Under the pieces are notes generated by a model, which searched no databases, was not told where the DNA came from, and saw only the letters and a program-made list of their open reading frames with translations. Position numbers and translations under genes: made by a program. Source: Rhynchopus sp. YZ270_cl-10 (lineage: Eukaryota). Taken from it: DNA of 64,000 nucleotides. The first letter of the stretch is position 1, and the number at the start of each line of letters is the position of its first letter. Of the stretch, positions 59,159-64,000 are shown piece after piece. The DNA lies in the NCBI GenBank assembly GCA_964035575.1, contig OZ037833.1:1364001-1428000 (forward strand), given 5' to 3'.

Positions 59159-59231
59159 TGGAGATTGAGGGTATCGATCCCTCTACCTCTCGCATGCTGA
59201 GCGAGCGCTCTACCATTTGAGCTAAACCCCC
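59159..59231 (-). tRNA. tRNA-Ala(AGC), C33
   Basis: Inverted copy of 35033. Confidence 0.93.
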
Positions 59232-59325
59232 TTACATTTCTTAAACGAATCTTTACAAGGTGGGGATGAAATTCAAAACCAAAAGGGGAAAAGTAACACA
59301 CAGAAAATCTTGAAACAAAAAAGAG

Positions 59326-59397
59326 AGGGCACACCCGGGTTCGAACCAGGGACCGTTCGGACTGCAGCCGAATGCTCTACCACTGAGCTATATACCC
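59326..59397 (-). tRNA. tRNA-Cys(GCA)
   Basis: Inverted copy of 34860. Confidence 0.95.
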
Positions 59398-59480
59398 TTC
59401 AATAATCATGCTTTGCGCTGAATACTATCAGTTCACTTTTCAACCAACTTCTGTGTGTTACACCACAAATAAGGAAAAAA

Positions 59481-59599
59481 GGATTCAAGCACCCGGACTT
59501 CCCAGCTGGTCACCCACGCCAGTACTATCCAGGCCTGCTGGTGCTTAACTTCTCAAATCAGGCGGGATGAGGTGTATTCACCAGAGTATGGCCGAATCC
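59481..59599 (-). rRNA. 5S rRNA
   Basis: Inverted copy of 34658. Confidence 0.97.
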
Positions 59600-60235
59600 A
59601 ATAATGGGTCTGGGTGGAAAACCTTTGAAGAGCTTTATATTTCTGAGCTTGTTTTTGCTTCACTTGTGCAAAAGGTCTTGGGTGTTGCATGGTACAGGAA
59701 ACTTTATTTGTCTCCCCTGTTCCGCTGCACTCTGCATTAGGTCATTTCACCTAAAATAAGGCCAGTTTGCGATCTTCTTGGAGTATCTTGGTGTCCAGTA
59801 CAGTGTTTCTGGCATTGTGGACTTGCATGTTGTACAGGGCAACTGCCTGGGAATTAGTCCCACTTCTTGCAACAGTTTAGCTATTTCGGCATCCCCAGCG
59901 CGCATGATATTAAGCACAGGAGAATTTTTGGCTGCAGGTGCGCACGTCCCTTCTGGGGAGTATGGATGCCTCTTCCTCAGTTTTTGTTGTGCATTTTTGC
60001 ACCTTTGCGCTCATCTCCATCTCACCAAAGGTGAAATTGTGAATGCTGTCATGCAGCATTCACATTCCAGCATGCTCCTGTAGGCTGAAGCACCGTCGGT
60101 GGTGTAGTCTCCCCTCATTTCTGCTCTCTGGATAGTGCAACAAACACAGGGATACAAGACAGGGTTGTCTTGTTGGAGGTGGGTCAGGGTCTGGATGTCC
60201 TAAAACCACACACCAACACGGAAGAAAAGCAAAAA

Positions 60236-60354
60236 GGATTCAAGCACCCGGACTTCCCAGCTGGTCACCCACGCCAGTACTATCCAGGCCTGCTGGTGCT
60301 TAACTTCTCAAATCAGGCGGGATGAGGTGCATTCACCAGAGTATGGCCGAATCC
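60236..60354 (-). rRNA. 5S rRNA (one substitution)
   Basis: Inverted copy of 33903. Confidence 0.97.
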
Positions 60355-60639
60355 AATACTGAGTCAGGTTCGAAAACCTTTGAAGAGCTTTTTATTTCTG
60401 AGCTTGTTTTTGCTTCGGTTGTGAAAACCGGTTTGTGGGTCAGCAGGTTTAACAAGTTTGGCCAGTCCTTAGCACAGCACTTAGTGCGCTGCACTACTGC
60501 ATCGGAGCAGGTGCCTGTGTGCTCACAGGTCACCACTCAGTGGTCGATCCCTCTAGACCAGTGTGCTGGGTTTACTGGGTTTACTGGGTAACATGATGGT
60601 TTGTGTGATCACGTTTGTTTTGGTTTGTTTGTTTAAAAA

Positions 60640-60798
60640 GGCGGGTTTGTGCAAAGCACAGCACCGCCGCTGTCAAAAATTTCACTGTGCAAGCCAGCCG
60701 AAGCTAGTGCCACCAGTATCCCCTGCGCAGTGCAATGCAAGGGCCACTGGTGTGTCGACGCCCTTGTTGATCAGGTCAGACACCAGTAAGGTATGTAA
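60640..60798 (-). ncRNA. U1: U1 snRNA
   Basis: Inverted copy of 33459. Confidence 0.92.
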
Positions 60799-60876
60799 CC
60801 TCTAGCTGAGTTTAACAACATGCGAAACTCCAACACCTTCAGGGAAGCGTAGTGGTTGTCAAGACTTAAAAACAGA

Positions 60877-60985
60877 TGAGACACAAAGGCCCCTTCAAAA
60901 ATTATGCTTTCACATAGTGGCTCTTACCCACGGTCATCTTTAGTAAAAGGCGAAAGATGAGTTCGATATGGGCAAGAACCGTGAT
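60877..60985 (-). ncRNA. U5: U5 snRNA
   Basis: Inverted copy of 33272. Confidence 0.95.
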
Positions 60986-61137
60986 ATGGCTCTGTTTTGT
61001 TCTATTGCTGTGTGCACTTTGCTACACATGGAAGCATGTTGAGAGCGAGGATAGTGTGGTAACTTCTTGATTGATCAAGATGTCCTTGAAGGTGAAAAAA
61101 GTAATGTGAAGCCTTTTTTGAGGTTTTTCTTAAAAAC

Positions 61138-61347
61138 AAGCTGTAAGTGGAAGGGCTGTGCCTGGTACTCTTCCCTGCGCCATACAGGGGAGAGACAAAA
61201 CAATACAAGAAGTATGTGACAATCATCGCAAGTGCTCATGCTGCACATGCCCAACCTATGTCATCATCCAGCTTTGGTCTTGTGCCGAAGAAAACAATCT
61301 TCAACACGAATGCACTCAAAAACAGATCCTGTGTAGAGTACAGTCTT
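61138..61347 (-). ncRNA. U3: U3 snoRNA
   Basis: Inverted copy of 32910. Confidence 0.88.
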
Positions 61348-61508
61348 GCCCTTGTTTGTTCCACCTATCGGCTGCACAGATGTCTATAGGGAGGCACATT
61401 GGCGGTGGTAGTTTTGGTGTGTTAACTTTACGTGGTGTCTATATGTTACCACCCCAACACACTTCCCTGTGGACATAGCTTTGTGACACGACTGGGAGAA
61501 AAGGAGGT

Positions 61509-61650
61509 ATTCTTGCGCTCGGGATAATTCCATAAGCAATGACCAAATAGGGACGCTGTGGAGAGATTGCTGGTTGAAAACTACCCAATTCCCGCCATGG
61601 GCCGCTTCGGCGTTGCCACATTGGCAATTTGTGTAGCTGCTTCGGCGGCC
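61509..61650 (+). ncRNA. U4: U4 snRNA
   Basis: Inverted copy of 32607. Confidence 0.92.
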
Positions 61651-61803
61651 TTGTTTTTACTAATAAGATTGATCATCACCTTCACTTACTTCCCTGTGAC
61701 ATGGGTGTGTAATCTGCTTGCCTTGTTGTTTCCTAGTAATATTGATCATAATCATGCTTCCCTGTACATGGGTGTCGAATTCGGTATGGACTAAAAAGAA
61801 GTC

Positions 61804-61992
61804 ATACCTTCTCGGCCTTTTGGCTAAGATCAAGTGTATTATCTGTTCTTATCAGCTTAATATCTGATACAGTGCCTTGTGCACTGATGATATTAACGCA
61901 ATTTCTCATTGGGGTGACGGGTCGCCAGGGCAACCTGGTCCGTTCACACATGTTGCCCTGGAGCTGCACAACATCCAGGAGTGGCATACCCT
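61804..61992 (+). ncRNA. U2: U2 snRNA
   Basis: Inverted copy of 32268. Confidence 0.97.
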
Positions 61993-62255
61993 CTTTTTTA
62001 ACAAAACAAAAACAAACATACCATACATACCATACATACACAGTGGTTACCACTGTGATGTGGGTTATTAAAAACAGAGGTCGGAGCGAGCCTCTCAATG
62101 TCAGAGGCTTCAAAGCATTTCACGAGAAAACTCGCCCCTGTCCTTCTTCATCACTATCACTTGACCGAACACTCCCTGCAAGGAAGCCTGTAAAAGGCGA
62201 TGCTTAGGCAACAACACAGACACAGGGGGGGTGCTGGGTGGGAAAATATAAAAAA

Positions 62256-62580
62256 GGGTGCTTGCGTTGTGTGCTGGATCGGGACCACCAGTAAACTGGC
62301 AGCCCCACATCCAGTTCTAATATTTGAAGTGTGAAATAGAACGCAGTCAGAATTAGTGTTACACGCTAATGTAAGAATAATCATCATGGGTAATATTCTG
62401 TACGAACGTACGGGATTTACATCATATGAAAGTAGTTCCGCCTTGGGCCATATCAGGCCCAACAGCAGGACCGCATCATAAAAATTGTAAAGAATTTTCT
62501 TAAATAGAAAGGTCTTTTCAAGTTTTAGCTGTTGCTGAACGAGTTGTTTGGTTTCGAAGTAGCACACTAACTTAGCACCC
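62256..62580 (-). ncRNA. Vault-RNA-like RNA, third variant
   Basis: Inverted, slightly diverged copy of 31662. Confidence 0.65.
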
Positions 62581-62701
62581 AAACATAGGGAGAGTATGGG
62601 AAAACAAGACAGGGTTGTCTTGTTGGAGGTGGGTCAGGGTGACACACACTTTGTACATGCATCATATGTGTGAATGTTTTTTCTCATGGTGACGTAAAAA
62701 A

Positions 62702-62814
62702 GGCCAGTCTCTTTCGAGGCTGGCCATGTTTGACAAAGTTGTGTGAGAAGAATATAATCTTCATGCTTCCATACCAATGAAGTACAGAAACTGTAGCTTT
62801 AGAAATCGTTGGTT
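62702..62814 (-). ncRNA. SL RNA gene
   Basis: Same exon. Confidence 0.95.
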
Positions 62815-63137
62815 GCCCTTTTTCTCTACAATGTTCTAGGTACCCACTTGTTCTGGGAAGCCTTCTGCCAATGTCTATAATACGGTTGCTTTTTCGTACC
62901 TGACATCTTGGTCACTGTGAAGGTTCTACATAAAAATATCCTTAAGTGTGATCCTACAGAAGGATATTCGACAGAGTCAACAGTGGCTTCTGAAGGGGAA
63001 CAAGTGTCACAAATATGGTTTTGCAGGCGATATAAAAATGGGGTGCAGTAAGCACTTGTGCATTAGGTCAGGTGTGAATTGGGTGTGTTTTTGGGTTTGC
63101 TTCTTGTGCACAAAGACAATCGTGCTAACGTAAAAAA

Positions 63138-63250
63138 GGCCAGTCTCTTTCGAGGCTGGCCATGTTTGACAAAGTTGTGTGAGAAGAATATAATCTTCAT
63201 GCTTCCATACCAATGAAGTACAGAAACTGTAGCTTTAGAAATCGTTGGTT
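63138..63250 (-). ncRNA. SL RNA gene
   Basis: Same exon. Confidence 0.95.
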
Positions 63251-64000
63251 GCCTTTTTTCTCTACAACGTTCTGAGTACAGACGTGTCCTGGGAAGCATG
63301 CCAGTAGTGTAAAAAATATGATGGTTTTTTTGTACCTAACATCTTGTACACTGAGAAGGTTCTGCACAAGTGGAAGCCTATATAAGGATATTCATAAGAG
63401 TCAAAAGGGGCTTCTGAAGGGGTATATGGGTAGTATGAGCTCATATGAATCCATTAAAAGCGTCTATGGCATGATCTAAGCATCACATAATTTCTGAAAT
63501 CAATACCAACCACAATTTACGGCTATTTTTCCAGCAATAGCCGTATCATGGCTTATAACCATACCTAAGGATGTCCAATATGCTGGAAAAGTTAATAATC
63601 TTGGGTATATAGGGTTTTTGGGCACATTTGAGTCAATTGCGGGGTCTTACGATTTAATCTGAGCATCACACATATCCTAATCACCTATATAATCGAAAAA
63701 CACATACAAAATGACCTACATAGCCGTAAAATGACCCAAATGTGCATATTCGGGTTGAAATTTCATTTTTTCGGAAAGTTTTTTTTTCTCACCAATTACA
63801 TGGGTGAGTTCCGAGTACATTATGGGGTCGTAAGTTTTTATTCAAGCATCACACATTATGTAGAATAATTTATGCCATACAATGTTACCAAAAAAAGTCG
63901 ATTTTTGGTCACTTTTTCAAAAATATGAAAATTCGATTTTTGGGTACTAGATAGGTCTTTCCGGTGCAAAAACGACCGTTAAATGGATTCTCCGGGGTCC

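Noticed and set aside
23197..59397. Stop-suppressor tRNAs or an alternative nuclear code
   Set aside because: No TTA, CTA or TCA anticodon found; Leu(TAG) and Ser(TGA) are ordinary anticodons.
22249..63444. Short ORFs across the island
   Set aside because: They overlap tRNA/snRNA genes or repeats and have no recognisable domains; recurrence reflects DNA duplication.

Overview
Eukaryotic, apparently protein-gene-free window. The organism is most likely a diplonemid (Euglenozoa), judged from a 40-nt spliced-leader exon AACCAACGATTTCTAAAGCTACAGTTTCTGTACTTCATTG|GTATG. Positions 1-7.1 kb hold inverted-repeat elements that enclose 7-mer microsatellites, and 7.15-22.0 kb is an uninterrupted (GCTCCTTA)n array. 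Positions 22-64 kb form a dense RNA-gene island built from large inverted segmental duplications. It carries 66 tRNA genes covering 45 of the 46 standard eukaryotic tRNA types (only Leu-UAA not seen), 6 5S rRNA genes, 12 SL RNA genes, U1/U2/U4/U5/U6, U3 and SRP RNA. It also carries at least three unidentified promoter-linked ncRNA candidates, one of them vault-RNA-like. Most striking: 10 tRNA types encode C at the near-invariant U33; U1 (ACAUAC) and U2 (GUAUUA) carry altered splice-signal recognition sequences; and two extragenic promoter classes are shared across the small-RNA genes. All calls are by eye and coordinates may be off by a few nt.
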